A stretch of 64,000 nt of DNA from an uncultured Spirochaetota bacterium (lineage in GTDB: Bacteria > Spirochaetota > Spirochaetia > SZUA-6 > Fen-1364): assembly GCA_963820525.1 (NCBI GenBank), contig CAWGAA010000001.1:96001-160000 (forward strand), written 5' to 3'. Below are positions 48,233 to 57,811 of the stretch, in pieces. A model generated the notes under the pieces. The model searched no databases and was not told where the DNA came from. It was given only the letters and a program-made list of their open reading frames with translations. Position 1 is the first letter of the stretch, and each line of letters begins with the position of its first letter. The position numbers and the translations under genes were made by a program.

Positions 48233-49462
48233 CTATCGTGATCGACTTCCTTCCAGATCCGGGAGCAGTGCCGTTGCCAGCCCGAGAAGGGGGAGGAACG
48301 CGCAGACACTGAAAACGAACTCAATGCTGGTATGGTCCGCCAGCTTTCCAAGGGCCGCGGAGCCGATACCGCCCATCCCGAATGCGAAGCCGAAGAACAG
48401 GCCGGAGATCATCCCTACCTTCCCCGGGAAAAGCTCCTGGGCATAGACGAGGATGGACGGGAAAGCGGAAGAGAGAATCACCCCGATAAAAAGCGAAATC
48501 ACGGTTGTCCAGATCAGGTTGGCGTGCGGCAGGAGGAGGGTGAAAGGCGCAGCCCCGAGGATCGAGATCCAGATCACGTACTTTCGCCCGATTCGGTCGC
48601 CGATGGGACCGCCGATCAGGGTCCCCGCCGCCACGGCGAATTGAAAGAGAAAGAGGTGGAACTGGGAGCTTTGAACCGACAGGGAGAACTTATCCATCAG
48701 GTAGAAGGTGTAGTAGTTGTTCATCCCTGCCAGGTAGAAGAACTTGGAGAAGATGAGAAGCAGAAGGATAACGACAGCAAACACCGTCCTGTTTCTGGAG
48801 ACCGGCGCAAGAACGACGCCATGGCCTATTCCGCTTCTGCCTTCGATTCGATGCGTGTTCTTCGCGTACCAGCGACCGACCTGAGAGAGAAGGATTATTC
48901 CCGCGAGCGCTAGGATAGTGAACCAGAGCACCTGCTGTCTGCCGCGCGTCGAGATGATCAGCGCGGCCAAAAGCGGACCCAGCGATGAGCCGGTGTTCCC
49001 GCCGACCTGGAAGAATGACTGGGCGAAGCCTCTGCGGTTTCCCGCCGCCATGTGGGCTACCCGAGAGGATTCGGGATGGAATATCGATGAGCCCATTCCG
49101 ACAAATGCCACGGAGACGAGCAGCGCGCCGAAGCTGCCGGCTGTCGCCAGGAGGACAAGCCCCGCGAGGGTGAAGCTCATGCCCACGGCCAGCGAATAGG
49201 GCTGATGCCTTCGATCCGTGTATGCCCCGACAACGGGCTGGAGAAGCGATGCGGTGAGCTGGAATGTGAAGGTGATGAGGCCGATCTGGGAAAAGCTCAA
49301 GCCAAAGGAGCTTTTCACCAGCGGGTACATTGCCGGGATAAGTGACTGAAGGCTGTCATTGAGCAAGTGAGAGAGGCTGATGGCAATGAGGATGGGAAAG
49401 ACCGTTGTCGCAGCAGCCGGCCTTGTTTCATTTGCCGTGTCTTCTGGCAGGTTCGTGCTCAT
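48233..49462 (-). CDS. fsr: MFS transporter, fosmidomycin-resistance (Fsr) family
   Basis: SHLLNDSLQS, QLTASLLQP, SIFHPESSR, AQSFFQVGGN, GGPIGDRIGRK, YAQELFPGKVG. Confidence 0.88.
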   Translation of the reverse strand: MSTNLPEDTANETRPAAATTVFPILIAISLSHLLNDSLQSLIPAMYPLVKSSFGLSFSQIGLITFTFQLTASLLQPVVGAYTDRRHQPYSLAVGMSFTLAGLVLLATAGSFGALLVSVAFVGMGSSIFHPESSRVAHMAAGNRRGFAQSFFQVGGNTGSSLGPLLAALIISTRGRQQVLWFTILALAGIILLSQVGRWYAKNTHRIEGRSGIGHGVVLAPVSRNRTVFAVVILLLLIFSKFFYLAGMNNYYTFYLMDKFSLSVQSSQFHLFLFQFAVAAGTLIGGPIGDRIGRKYVIWISILGAAPFTLLLPHANLIWTTVISLFIGVILSSAFPSILVYAQELFPGKVGMISGLFFGFAFGMGGIGSAALGKLADHTSIEFVFSVCAFLPLLGLATALLPDLEGSRSR

Positions 49463-50396
49463 CCCTCGCTCCTTTTCGAGACGACGCGTCCGCGCTCCAG
49501 GTGGAGAACATGGGTGACGCACGAGGGGATATCTTCAGGCTCATGGGTCACGAAGAGGATCGAATGAGCCGGGGTCCCGCACAGCCCGTCGATAGCCTCG
49601 CGCAAGTGCGCGCGGTTGTCATCGTCCAGCCCCTGGAATGACTCGTCGAAGACCAGGAGGCGCGGCTGCTTCACCAGCGCGCGGGCGATCAGCGCCAGCC
49701 GTTTCTGCCCTTCGGATACCTCCGCAAACGGTTTATCGAGGACATCCTGCAGACCAAGCCCTTCCGCCAGGGCGCGGGCCTTTTTCATCCGGCCGGGCGG
49801 GCAGGCCTTCTGGAGGCGAAGGCTGTCGAAGAAGCCCGTGCAAATCGCCTCGCAGACGGTAGCCTCAGCCGCAAAGTGGATCTGCATTTCGGGTGAAACG
49901 TGGCCGATCCGCCTCTTTATCTCCCAGATGCTCACGCCGTCTCCCCGGCGATGGCTGAAGACCCGCACATCGTTCGCGTAGGCTTGCGGATTGTCGGCAA
50001 GGACCAGGCTCAGGAGGGTAGTCTTTCCAGCGCCATTCGGGCCGACAAGCGCCCAGTTCTCCCCCTGTTTGACGGTCCAGCTCACCCCGTCCAGCACCGT
50101 GACTCCGCCGTAGCGGACCGTGACGTCCCGTAGCTCGACGAGACTCCGGCCCGCCTGCCGCCTGTGGGAGAGATCTGATCCGAGGGTCCGCGAAAGGGGG
50201 CTTTCGAGCGGGACTCCGCGCGGAGATGCACCGCCCCCTCTCGCCTGGCGCGTTATTCTTCCATCCTCAACGCGCATCATGTTCTCGATCCAGGCCGGGA
50301 CTTCGCTCTCGGCATGATCGCCCACGAGAGCCGTGGGAAATCTTTATCACCGGTCAGGGGAATGACAGCGTCTTCGAGCTCGACAATGGGAAGCAC
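49459..50396 (-). pseudogene. modF: ModF-like tandem ABC ATPase with most of the first ATPase domain deleted
   Basis: GTG 50396 encodes LPIVELEDAVIPLTGDKDFPRLSWAIMP, then at ~50310 jumps out of frame to ESEVPAWIENMMRVEDGRI. Second domain intact (GPNGAGKTT, ADNPQAYAN, SIWEIKRRIG). Confidence 0.7.
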
Positions 50397-50464
50397 AATT
50401 CATATATACGATTTTTCGGCCGCCTTCTGCAACGTGGGAGGCGGTGCCGGCGCCGGGCCGGGAG

Positions 50465-51208
50465 TCACCAGACACCGAGATCTTCCAGGGCGCGAAGTGC
50501 CCGCGCCCCCCAGTCCCGGTTTGCCTGCGGATTGGCTGGGCTGGGGTGGTGAATACCCGCCGTCTTCACCGTACTGAGCCCGGCTGACTCGGCAAGCGTT
50601 CTCACCCGGGCCTCGGCGAAGCGCCCGATCCCGACAATCCACTGGGGCTGTAGGGCCTCGATAATCGAGAGAAGGTGCTCGTCCAAGAGGGGAAAGAGAA
50701 GCTCCCGGTCTTTCCGTTTCAGCTTGTCCGGCGTCAGGTTTCTTCCTGCCTCATCAAGAAAGAGGAGGGGGCAGTAGTTGGTGACGAACTGGTCTCGAAA
50801 GAACCGATCCGCCGTGTCGAAGCGCTCCCGGAAAAGAGCCCACAACCGCCTTCCGCTCACCTCGCTTCGATGACAGTCAAAGCCCAGAACAGGAAGCCGC
50901 TGATGCGTACCAACCGGTGTGTCTACCCGGCCGCTTATCTTGAGCCAACCACGAACCGTCTCCACCTCGCCGAAGGGCACGCCTGTCTGGGCCATTCCCC
51001 AGGGCCCCGGGTTCATGCCGATGAACACGACCCGCTTGCGGCCGTTTGCATACTTGCTCACGTATGCCTCATACGTACGGCGCGCGTACAAGAGCGGGTT
51101 GTAGGCATGGCGTACGGGCGGGCTGAAGCTGAGCGCGCTCAACCGCCTGGCGAGCCGTCGGGATGCGGAGATGAGAGGTGCGCTTGGGGGGGGAAAACCG
51201 CTGGCCAT
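50465..51208 (-). CDS. SMUG1-type (family 3) uracil-DNA glycosylase
   Basis: YNPLLYA, GMNPGPWGMAQTGVPFG, RSEVSGRRLW, NYCPLLF, HPSPAN. Confidence 0.9.
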   Translation of the reverse strand: MASGFPPPSAPLISASRRLARRLSALSFSPPVRHAYNPLLYARRTYEAYVSKYANGRKRVVFIGMNPGPWGMAQTGVPFGEVETVRGWLKISGRVDTPVGTHQRLPVLGFDCHRSEVSGRRLWALFRERFDTADRFFRDQFVTNYCPLLFLDEAGRNLTPDKLKRKDRELLFPLLDEHLLSIIEALQPQWIVGIGRFAEARVRTLAESAGLSTVKTAGIHHPSPANPQANRDWGARALRALEDLGVW

Positions 51209-51289
51209 GGCCTCATGATAGCGGCCGGAGGGTTGACAGGGAAGAAGATAATCTGGATAAAGGTCTTTCGGTACGTCAGGAGGAGAAGC

Positions 51290-51385
51290 ATGGCCAAGGT
51301 GAGCTGGAACAAGACCTGGAGCTTGAAGATGAGAAAGCGGAACAAGAAAAGGAAGGGAAAGAACAGAAGCTCCAAGAAGAAATGA
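51290..51385 (+). CDS. 31-aa Lys/Arg-rich small protein (candidate bS22-like ribosomal protein)
   Basis: MAKVSWNKTWSLKMRKRNKKRKGKNRSSKKK; RBS AGGAGGAG; TTGACA at 51233; ATGA overlap with next gene. Confidence 0.65.
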   Translation: MAKVSWNKTWSLKMRKRNKKRKGKNRSSKKK

Positions 51386-52602
51386 GCCTCGAAACCGCGC
51401 GATACCGGCTTTCGTCCCTCGGTGTCCTCGCAATCCTCTCCTTACTCTCGGCATCCTCGCCTCTGTTTGCGGAAGAGCTTTCCGGGGTCGTTCTTCCGCC
51501 CGGCGGCAAGCTGTCACTCATCGAAAAGTCCGACCTTCGCCGCTACGAGGGCGGGAAGTTCGTCGGCCTCGAGTACCGGGAGGTGAGAGGCGTCCTCGAT
51601 TGGCGGCAGAGCGAAGACGGCAGTCTGGTTCAGGGCACGTTCTACGTGCTCGAGCAGCTCAGCCACGATGGCGCCCATACCGCGCGGAAGATCGACGAAG
51701 CTGTTCCCGCCGCCTTCATAATCCGCCCCGACGGCACCTATATCGTGGAGGGAAAAGGGGCATATCCAACCCTTCGCGGTTTCCCGGTGCTTCCGGCAAA
51801 GGACCTCGCAACCGGAGATACCTGGAAAGCCCCCGGGACCAGGCTTGTCGACCCCTTCAATGAAGGAAAGTTCACGAGGATCGGGATTTATTCAGCCTAC
51901 CGCTATGAGGGCGAAAAGGACATCGGCGGAGCGCCTTCACGCATCATAAGCGCGAAATATGCGCTTCGCTACAAGAAGGGCGACGACGCCGACGGAGATG
52001 AACACCTGGCCAGCGTGTCAGGAAGCCACACGGTTTCCATTCAGCTCGCCGGCGCTTCGGGCGCCCTTTCCTTCATGCGCGACAGGGTCGAGGAAACGTA
52101 CCAGCTCGATGACGGGCGTTCCCTGACGTACAAGGGATTCATCCTGACCTGGTTCAACGCCGCCGCGCCGCTGGACCGAGACAAGATTGCGGGAAGGATC
52201 GCCCAGACGCTCAAGGATTCCGGGGCCCAGGACGTGGAGGTCAGGCAGAAGAAAGAGGGCGTGAGCGTATCCCTGAACAAGATCCATTTCATCGCGGAGC
52301 AAGCCTCGGTTCTCCCCGAAGAGCTGCCCCGGCTTCAAGCTGTCGCGGACGCCCTCAAGCAGATTCCCGGCCGTACCTTCCGCGTGGTCGGTCACACCGC
52401 CAGGGTCGGTACGGAAAAGAGCCAGCAAGAGCTTTCCGTGCGCAGGGCAAAGGCAATCGTTGATTACCTGGTTTCAGAGGGGATACCGGCGGATCGTTTC
52501 CTCTACGAGGGGAGGGGAGGTACCGAGCCCGTGGCCCCCAACGACACGGAAGAGAACATGGCCAAGAACAGGCGGGTTGAAATCGTCATCCTCGAAGACT
52601 AG
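51382..52602 (+). CDS. Exported OmpA-family peptidoglycan-binding protein
   Basis: Signal peptide from 51382; IHF, VVGHTA, LSVRRAKAIVDYL, GRGGTEP..KNRRVEI. Confidence 0.88.
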   Translation: MSLETARYRLSSLGVLAILSLLSASSPLFAEELSGVVLPPGGKLSLIEKSDLRRYEGGKFVGLEYREVRGVLDWRQSEDGSLVQGTFYVLEQLSHDGAHTARKIDEAVPAAFIIRPDGTYIVEGKGAYPTLRGFPVLPAKDLATGDTWKAPGTRLVDPFNEGKFTRIGIYSAYRYEGEKDIGGAPSRIISAKYALRYKKGDDADGDEHLASVSGSHTVSIQLAGASGALSFMRDRVEETYQLDDGRSLTYKGFILTWFNAAAPLDRDKIAGRIAQTLKDSGAQDVEVRQKKEGVSVSLNKIHFIAEQASVLPEELPRLQAVADALKQIPGRTFRVVGHTARVGTEKSQQELSVRRAKAIVDYLVSEGIPADRFLYEGRGGTEPVAPNDTEENMAKNRRVEIVILED

Positions 52603-52659
52603 GCAGGCGCTTCACCCATGCCCCTCCCCGAGGTTTCCAAGCCTTCCCGCTGAGCCTTT

Positions 52660-54204
52660 TTAATTGCGCTGGGGCAGCGCATAGACGGTCAGGGCCCCCG
52701 TCTCATCCGTGAGTGAGAGCCTGGCGTCTGCCACGATCGGGCTTTCCCAGTGGATACGCCCGATGTCCTTGCTCTCCCAGAGGGTCGAGCCGTCCGTCGG
52801 CTTCAGGGCGCTCAGGTGGAAGCTTCCGGCATAGAAGAGCACTCCTCCGGCGACGATCGGGGACGTCCCTCCTTCGCGGCTTTTCCACCTCGGCTCGAGC
52901 CTCGGCCTGCCCGGTTTTCCCGCCATCAGCCTTATGCCGGAGATGCCATTCCCATTGGAGACGAAGATCCAGACACCGCCGTCCGTGGGATTGACCCACA
53001 CCGCGGGGGCCGTCAGGACTTCCCCTCCCTGGGGAACGGGAATGATTTCGAGCTCTCCCCCAAGGTTGCCCGGTCCGCCTCTCGCGCTCAGGTTCGCGAG
53101 GTCGATAAGACGCAGCTTCCCGTCCTTCCCTGCCTGGACGGCGAGGTGGCGCATGCCGGTCAGTGCCGACACGGGGATGATCGCGGGGGCCGTGCTCCCA
53201 AGGTCGGCGTCGGTGTCGTCAAGGAGCTGATACTCGGGGGGAGTGTAGCTGTCGAGAGGCCCCCCTGGGGCTCCGGACCCGTCGGGGTGCAGGGAAAGGA
53301 CGCTGTCGCCCCAATTATGGCGGGAGGGATCGAAGCTGCCGTTGCCCGTGGCGAAGAAGATCCTGTCCAGAGCGGAATCATAGACGACACCGGCCCGCGC
53401 CCACACGGCGGTCTGAACTGCAGGGCAATCGGGGGTTGCGGGGCGCTGCTTGAAGTGGGTTTGAATATCGCTGCAGTCGGCATTGAAGACCCTCTGCTCG
53501 CCGTCGGAAAGGCGGATGATGGTGAGGTGTCCCTGATAATCCCCGCGGTCTCCGGGATATCCGGCATGAGCCATGTACAGGTATGAAACACCTGCTCGAT
53601 CCGTGGCGATGCAGAGGTTGGACGACCCTTTCTCATTGAAGGGTTTCAGGGTTGTGAGGGCGGGCCAGTTTTCTCCCGTGATCTCGCTGCCGTTTGCAAT
53701 CGAGTACTTGTGCACGTATCCGTCCAGGCCATAGCTGTAGACGAAACGCTTCTGCGGGTCTACGGCGGGTGAGGCGGTTGTGTAGCAGGGAAGGAAGCCA
53801 TTGTTCACCCGGCAGCCGTTTGCCGCGTACTGCTTCACCCATACCAGCGCGCCTGAGGCGGCGTTTACCGCGACGATGTGGCCCGCGCGGGTGGTCAGGA
53901 AGAGCATGTCCCTGGGGCCGCCCAACATTTCCACACCGCTTGCATATGCGGGCGCCCCATCGGCCACGTCCGGGAGCTTCACCTTGAAAAGCACGGTCAG
54001 GCGGCCGACGTTCGCCGTGGTGATGGCCCTTTCGGCTGGGTTGGAGCCGCTGTGTCCAGCGTCCCCATTGAACTGCAGCCAGTCGTCGGCAGAAGAGCGC
54101 GGGGCGGCGGCCGGGAGGAGGCTGAGGACCGAAATCAGAAAAAGAACCTGTGAGACGGGTGACCGGGCCTTACGGCATCCCCTGGGAGTTTTCATTTCTT
54201 CCAT
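52660..54204 (-). CDS. Exported PQQ-like beta-propeller protein
   Basis: DWLQFNGDAGHSG, AVNAASGALVW, FATGNG, DADLGS, QAGKDG, LKPTDGSTLW. Confidence 0.78.
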   Translation of the reverse strand: MEEMKTPRGCRKARSPVSQVLFLISVLSLLPAAAPRSSADDWLQFNGDAGHSGSNPAERAITTANVGRLTVLFKVKLPDVADGAPAYASGVEMLGGPRDMLFLTTRAGHIVAVNAASGALVWVKQYAANGCRVNNGFLPCYTTASPAVDPQKRFVYSYGLDGYVHKYSIANGSEITGENWPALTTLKPFNEKGSSNLCIATDRAGVSYLYMAHAGYPGDRGDYQGHLTIIRLSDGEQRVFNADCSDIQTHFKQRPATPDCPAVQTAVWARAGVVYDSALDRIFFATGNGSFDPSRHNWGDSVLSLHPDGSGAPGGPLDSYTPPEYQLLDDTDADLGSTAPAIIPVSALTGMRHLAVQAGKDGKLRLIDLANLSARGGPGNLGGELEIIPVPQGGEVLTAPAVWVNPTDGGVWIFVSNGNGISGIRLMAGKPGRPRLEPRWKSREGGTSPIVAGGVLFYAGSFHLSALKPTDGSTLWESKDIGRIHWESPIVADARLSLTDETGALTVYALPQRN

Positions 54205-54302
54205 CCTCAATTATACCCTGGCGGGGCAGGGCCGGTCAAAGATCCGTGGCGCTCCGCAGGTCCTGTAGCCGCGGCCGCGATTTTTCTTTATAGTGATTGC
54301 GG

Positions 54303-54677
54303 TTGCGCGGTGTGAGATTTCGCGTTCTCGACTTGGCTTCTATCCTTCTTTCGATCCTGGTGATCGCGGCTTTCTCCGCAGTCGCCTACGGCGGCAATGG
54401 AAAAGGCTCGGATGTGATCATCGAGGCGTCGGGAAAGCAGTGGATCTATCCCCTGGACCAGAATCGCGTCATCCCGGTGGCAGGACCCCTGGGCACCACG
54501 CTCGTCGTGATCAGGGACGGGAAATCCTTTGTGCAGGACTCGCCCTGCCCGGACAAGCTGTGCGTGCTCGCGGGATCGGTCTCGAAGCCCGGTCAGTGGA
54601 TTGCATGCCTTCCCAACAAGGTGATGGTGCGCATCGGGGGAAAGAGTGCCGAAAGAATCGACGACGTTTCTTTCTAA
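54303..54677 (+). CDS. NusG domain II-containing exported protein (EetA-like)
   Basis: GPLGTTLVVIRDG, DSPCPDKLCV, WIACLPNKV; N-terminal TM; start uncertain (54297-54312). Confidence 0.85.
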   Translation: MRGVRFRVLDLASILLSILVIAAFSAVAYGGNGKGSDVIIEASGKQWIYPLDQNRVIPVAGPLGTTLVVIRDGKSFVQDSPCPDKLCVLAGSVSKPGQWIACLPNKVMVRIGGKSAERIDDVSF

Positions 54678-55182
54678 ACGCCTCGATCTGGTCGCCTTCC
54701 TCGGCGGACTGTGCCTCTTTTTCTCGACTGTCGAATACCTCATCCCCAAGCCCATCCCTTTTCTTCGCGTCGGTATCGCGAACCTTCCCATCCTCATCGG
54801 CCTGGAGATTCTCTCGCCGGGGGAGCTTTTCCTGCTCATTGTCTTGAAGGTGATCGGCCAGGGGCTCGTCGGCGGGACCCTCGTTTCGTACGTCTTTCTC
54901 TTTTCAGCCGTCGGCTCATTTGCAAGCGGCGCCTCGATGCTCGCCCTTTACCGCCTGGCAGGCAGGCGGGTGTCCTACCTCGGGGTGAGCGTCTTCGGCG
55001 CACTGGTGAGCAATACAGCCCAGATCGCGCTCGCGCGGCTGCTCATTTTCGGTCCCGGGGCATGGCTTATCGCTCCGCCGTTCATCGCCCTGGGCGCCGT
55101 CACTTCCGCCCTGCTGGGGCTTTTCACGGATCGATTTTCCGCCATGTCGAAGTGGATGGCTTTCGCGAGGGGCCTGAAATGA
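54646..55182 (+). CDS. Gx transporter family / 'heptaprenyl diphosphate synthase component I' (EetB-like ECF S unit)
   Basis: EYLIPKPIPFLRVGIANL, LFSAVGS, GVSVFGALVSNTAQ. Confidence 0.85.
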   Translation: MPKESTTFLSKRLDLVAFLGGLCLFFSTVEYLIPKPIPFLRVGIANLPILIGLEILSPGELFLLIVLKVIGQGLVGGTLVSYVFLFSAVGSFASGASMLALYRLAGRRVSYLGVSVFGALVSNTAQIALARLLIFGPGAWLIAPPFIALGAVTSALLGLFTDRFSAMSKWMAFARGLK

Positions 55183-55838
55183 CGCCACGGGCGGGGCCGC
55201 TGGCTGGTTTCATTGCGAACAATCTGGGCCCCCGCACCCTCTTCCTTGCCGGCGCGCTCCTCTTTCCCGCCTTCCTGTTTCAAAACGACCTGGGTCTCCG
55301 CTCCCTGGAGATTCTGCTCTTCTTCCTCCTCAACGCCCTTTCGGGGAGAAGGGTCAGATGGGTGCAGACGCTGGTGGTCGGCTCGGGAATCGTGGCCTTC
55401 AATCTCGTGATCCCCACGGGCCGGGTTCTCGTGTCCATCATGGGCGTTCCCCTGACAGAGGAAGCCCTCCGCTCGGGCCTTGCCAAGGCGACAGCCGTCA
55501 TAGGCATGATCGCCCTCTCTCAGCTCTCGATCAGTCCGGACCTGAGCTTTCCCGGCCGCCTCGGAGGCCTCATCGGCCGGACCCTCTTTTATTTCGAGCG
55601 GATCATTGCGGAGCGAAAGCGCCTGCGGCGCGGGCGGATACTCGAGCAGATCGACGGGCTCCTGCTGGAGATCCACGCAATGTGCCGCACGGATGCTGTC
55701 GGCGAGGGGAACGAGCGGAGATCCACCGGCCGGCGGACAACCCTCGCGGGGTACGCCTTTCTCGGGATGCTGGTAGCCGTGACCTGGGGCCTGTTGGTGC
55801 TTGCCATTGTCAGCCCCGGCATCATCTGGGCGCGTTGA
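55179..55838 (+). CDS. Membrane protein, degenerate EcfT-like
   Basis: Multi-TM; FNLVIPTGRVL..G.PLTEEALRSG resembles EcfT; overlaps Gx gene stop. Confidence 0.55.
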   Translation: MTPRAGPLAGFIANNLGPRTLFLAGALLFPAFLFQNDLGLRSLEILLFFLLNALSGRRVRWVQTLVVGSGIVAFNLVIPTGRVLVSIMGVPLTEEALRSGLAKATAVIGMIALSQLSISPDLSFPGRLGGLIGRTLFYFERIIAERKRLRRGRILEQIDGLLLEIHAMCRTDAVGEGNERRSTGRRTTLAGYAFLGMLVAVTWGLLVLAIVSPGIIWAR

Positions 55839-55915
55839 AACGGAAGGCCGAAGCGGTTGGGGTGGCGCGGGGCGCTGCGGTCAAATCTGCGGCTCTCTTC
55901 GATCGGGATCTGCGC

Positions 55916-55945
55916 TTGACAGCGCTCGCGGCGAGAGATTACTGT
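55916..55945 (+). promoter_or_regulatory. sigma70 promoter of FMN-binding protein gene
   Basis: TTGACA(55916)-18-TACTGT(55940); RBS AAGGAG. Confidence 0.55.
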
Positions 55946-55978
55946 ATCGCCGCTCGACTTCGACAAGGAGAGGCGGGA

Positions 55979-56722
55979 ATGCGCAAGATAACAATGGCCT
56001 TTGCGTGCCTTCTCATGGCGGCCGCCGCTTTCGCCGCGAGCAGCGCTTACAAGGACGGAAACTACAGCGGCACGTATGACGCGATGGATGGCCACGGCTG
56101 GAAGCCGCAGATGACGGTCGCCGTTCGGGGTGGAAGGATAAGCGCCGTCGCCTTCGACTCCGTCAACAAGGTGGGACAGCTCAAGACCAAGGACGCGGCC
56201 TATAGCAAGGCAATGAAGGGGCAAACGGGAACAAGCCCCGACCGTGCCTACCCAGAGCTCGCCAGGCGGCTGGTCGCGAAGCAGGAAGCCGGAGTGGACG
56301 CGGTAAGCGGAGCCACCGGCTCCAGCGACAATTTCAATGCCCTCGCGGCAGCGATACTTCAAAAGGCAAAGAAGGGGGATGCCTCACCGACCGTCCTGCC
56401 GATGAACGACGCCTACAAGGCCGAGGATAAAATCGACACGTTCGGCTACAAGGGAGTCATCTCCATCAGCTTCCAGGACGGGAAGATCGTGAAGGTTGTC
56501 TACGACGAGGTGGACAAGAACGGCAAGTCCAAGAAAACCAACGCGGACTATGCGAAAAACATGAAGGCCCAGTCAAAGGTGACCCCCGAGGAGGCCATGG
56601 ACAAGCTCGCCCAATCCCTGCTTGCCAAACAGGATCCGGCCGAGGTCGACGCGGTGAGCGGCGCCACCTCGATGTCGCATCGATTCGTCGCCCTGGTTGA
56701 GCTGGTCCTTGCGATGCGGTGA
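55979..56722 (+). CDS. Periplasmic protein with two FMN-binding (flavinylation) domains, PplA-like
   Basis: YKDGNY; two VDAVSGAT motifs; Sec signal peptide with no Cys at the predicted cleavage site. Confidence 0.9.
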   Translation: MRKITMAFACLLMAAAAFAASSAYKDGNYSGTYDAMDGHGWKPQMTVAVRGGRISAVAFDSVNKVGQLKTKDAAYSKAMKGQTGTSPDRAYPELARRLVAKQEAGVDAVSGATGSSDNFNALAAAILQKAKKGDASPTVLPMNDAYKAEDKIDTFGYKGVISISFQDGKIVKVVYDEVDKNGKSKKTNADYAKNMKAQSKVTPEEAMDKLAQSLLAKQDPAEVDAVSGATSMSHRFVALVELVLAMR

Positions 56723-56779
56723 TCCGGGACCCCGGCGCCTCCTCAGGCCGGCGTGAAGCCGCCGGCTTGGTGCAGGCTG

Positions 56780-57811
56780 TCACCATCCAGCCAGGGTGAA
56801 GCGGGAGCTTGTCAAGCGGAAGATGCCTTTGATGCCGGGAGTGACGTACACCTTGTGAGCGTCCGTCACGAATACCGCATTGACTGCCCCGCCCGACTTC
56901 TCCACGAGCTTGCGGCCTTTCTCCAGACCCAGAGTGAAGACAAGGGTGGAATAGCCATCCGCCACCATGGACGGCAAAGCGACAATGGAGACAGCGAGGA
57001 GGCCGTTTCGAACGGGGTATCCGCTCTTTGTGTCGAGGATGTGGTGATAGCGGATCCCTTCCTTGATGAAGTACCGCTCGTAGACTCCGGAAGTGACCAC
57101 GGACATCTGGGGTACCTCGATGATACCGAGATAGTTGCCCCGCGGCTCCTCGGGGTCCTGGATTCCGATCCGCCACACGCTGCCGTCCGGCTTCCTGCCG
57201 AGCGTCAGGATGTTGCCGCCGAGGTCGATGAGGGCATGGCGTACTCCGCGGGAGGCGAGCACCCTTGCCGCTTCGTCGGCCGCATATCCCTTGGCAATGG
57301 CTCCCAAGTCCATCGCCATTCCCTTCTTTTTGAGCTCCACCGTCTCCCGAGCGGGATCCAGCGAGACGGCACGGTAATCAATGAAGGCGAGAGCCTTTCG
57401 GATCTCGGATTCCGCCGGAATGTGCGCCCTTTCTGTTCCGATTCCCCACAGCTTCACGAGGGGTCCGACCGTTATATCGAAAGCCCCATCGCCGAGCCGG
57501 GATACCTCCAGGCCTTCCTTGATGACGGCGAAAGTGTCCGCGGACACTTTCGAGGGGCGGAGGCCCGCCGCCTCGTTCACCCGGATCACCTCGCTGTCCT
57601 TGCGGTCAACCGTCATGTTGTCCTCGATCTCGCCGATGCGCCGGAAAGCGGCGTCGAGGTCGGCTTCCGTTCCGCCGCCGTAGAGTGTGACCGTGCAGAC
57701 GGTTCCAAGGAGGTTGACCTCGGTGCGGGTGACATTCCCGCCATTCGCGCAGCCGCAGAGGACGGCAAGCGCGATGAGGCAGGCGGCGGAAACGAGAGAG
57801 CAATGACGCAT
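56780..57811 (-). CDS. apbE: FAD:protein FMN transferase (ApbE/Ftp/FmnB) lipoprotein
   Basis: Lipobox LCGC; FDITVGPLVKLWG, DLGAIAKGYAAD, DLGGN, TSGVYERY, YHHILD, ADGYST. Confidence 0.93.
   Translation of the reverse strand: MRHCSLVSAACLIALAVLCGCANGGNVTRTEVNLLGTVCTVTLYGGGTEADLDAAFRRIGEIEDNMTVDRKDSEVIRVNEAAGLRPSKVSADTFAVIKEGLEVSRLGDGAFDITVGPLVKLWGIGTERAHIPAESEIRKALAFIDYRAVSLDPARETVELKKKGMAMDLGAIAKGYAADEAARVLASRGVRHALIDLGGNILTLGRKPDGSVWRIGIQDPEEPRGNYLGIIEVPQMSVVTSGVYERYFIKEGIRYHHILDTKSGYPVRNGLLAVSIVALPSMVADGYSTLVFTLGLEKGRKLVEKSGGAVNAVFVTDAHKVYVTPGIKGIFRLTSSRFTLAGW

Noticed and set aside
51178..51381. Acidic N-terminal extension of the OmpA-family ORF
   Set aside because: It is the off-frame reading of the basic small ORF; the signal peptide begins at ATG 51382
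51209..51517. N-terminal extension of the SMUG1 ORF
   Set aside because: Antisense to the small ORF and ompA; homology and a -10 box support the start at 51208
43786..54300. Intact prophage or integrative element at tRNA-Val
   Set aside because: No integrase, phage or conjugation genes, and no duplicated tRNA 3' end found
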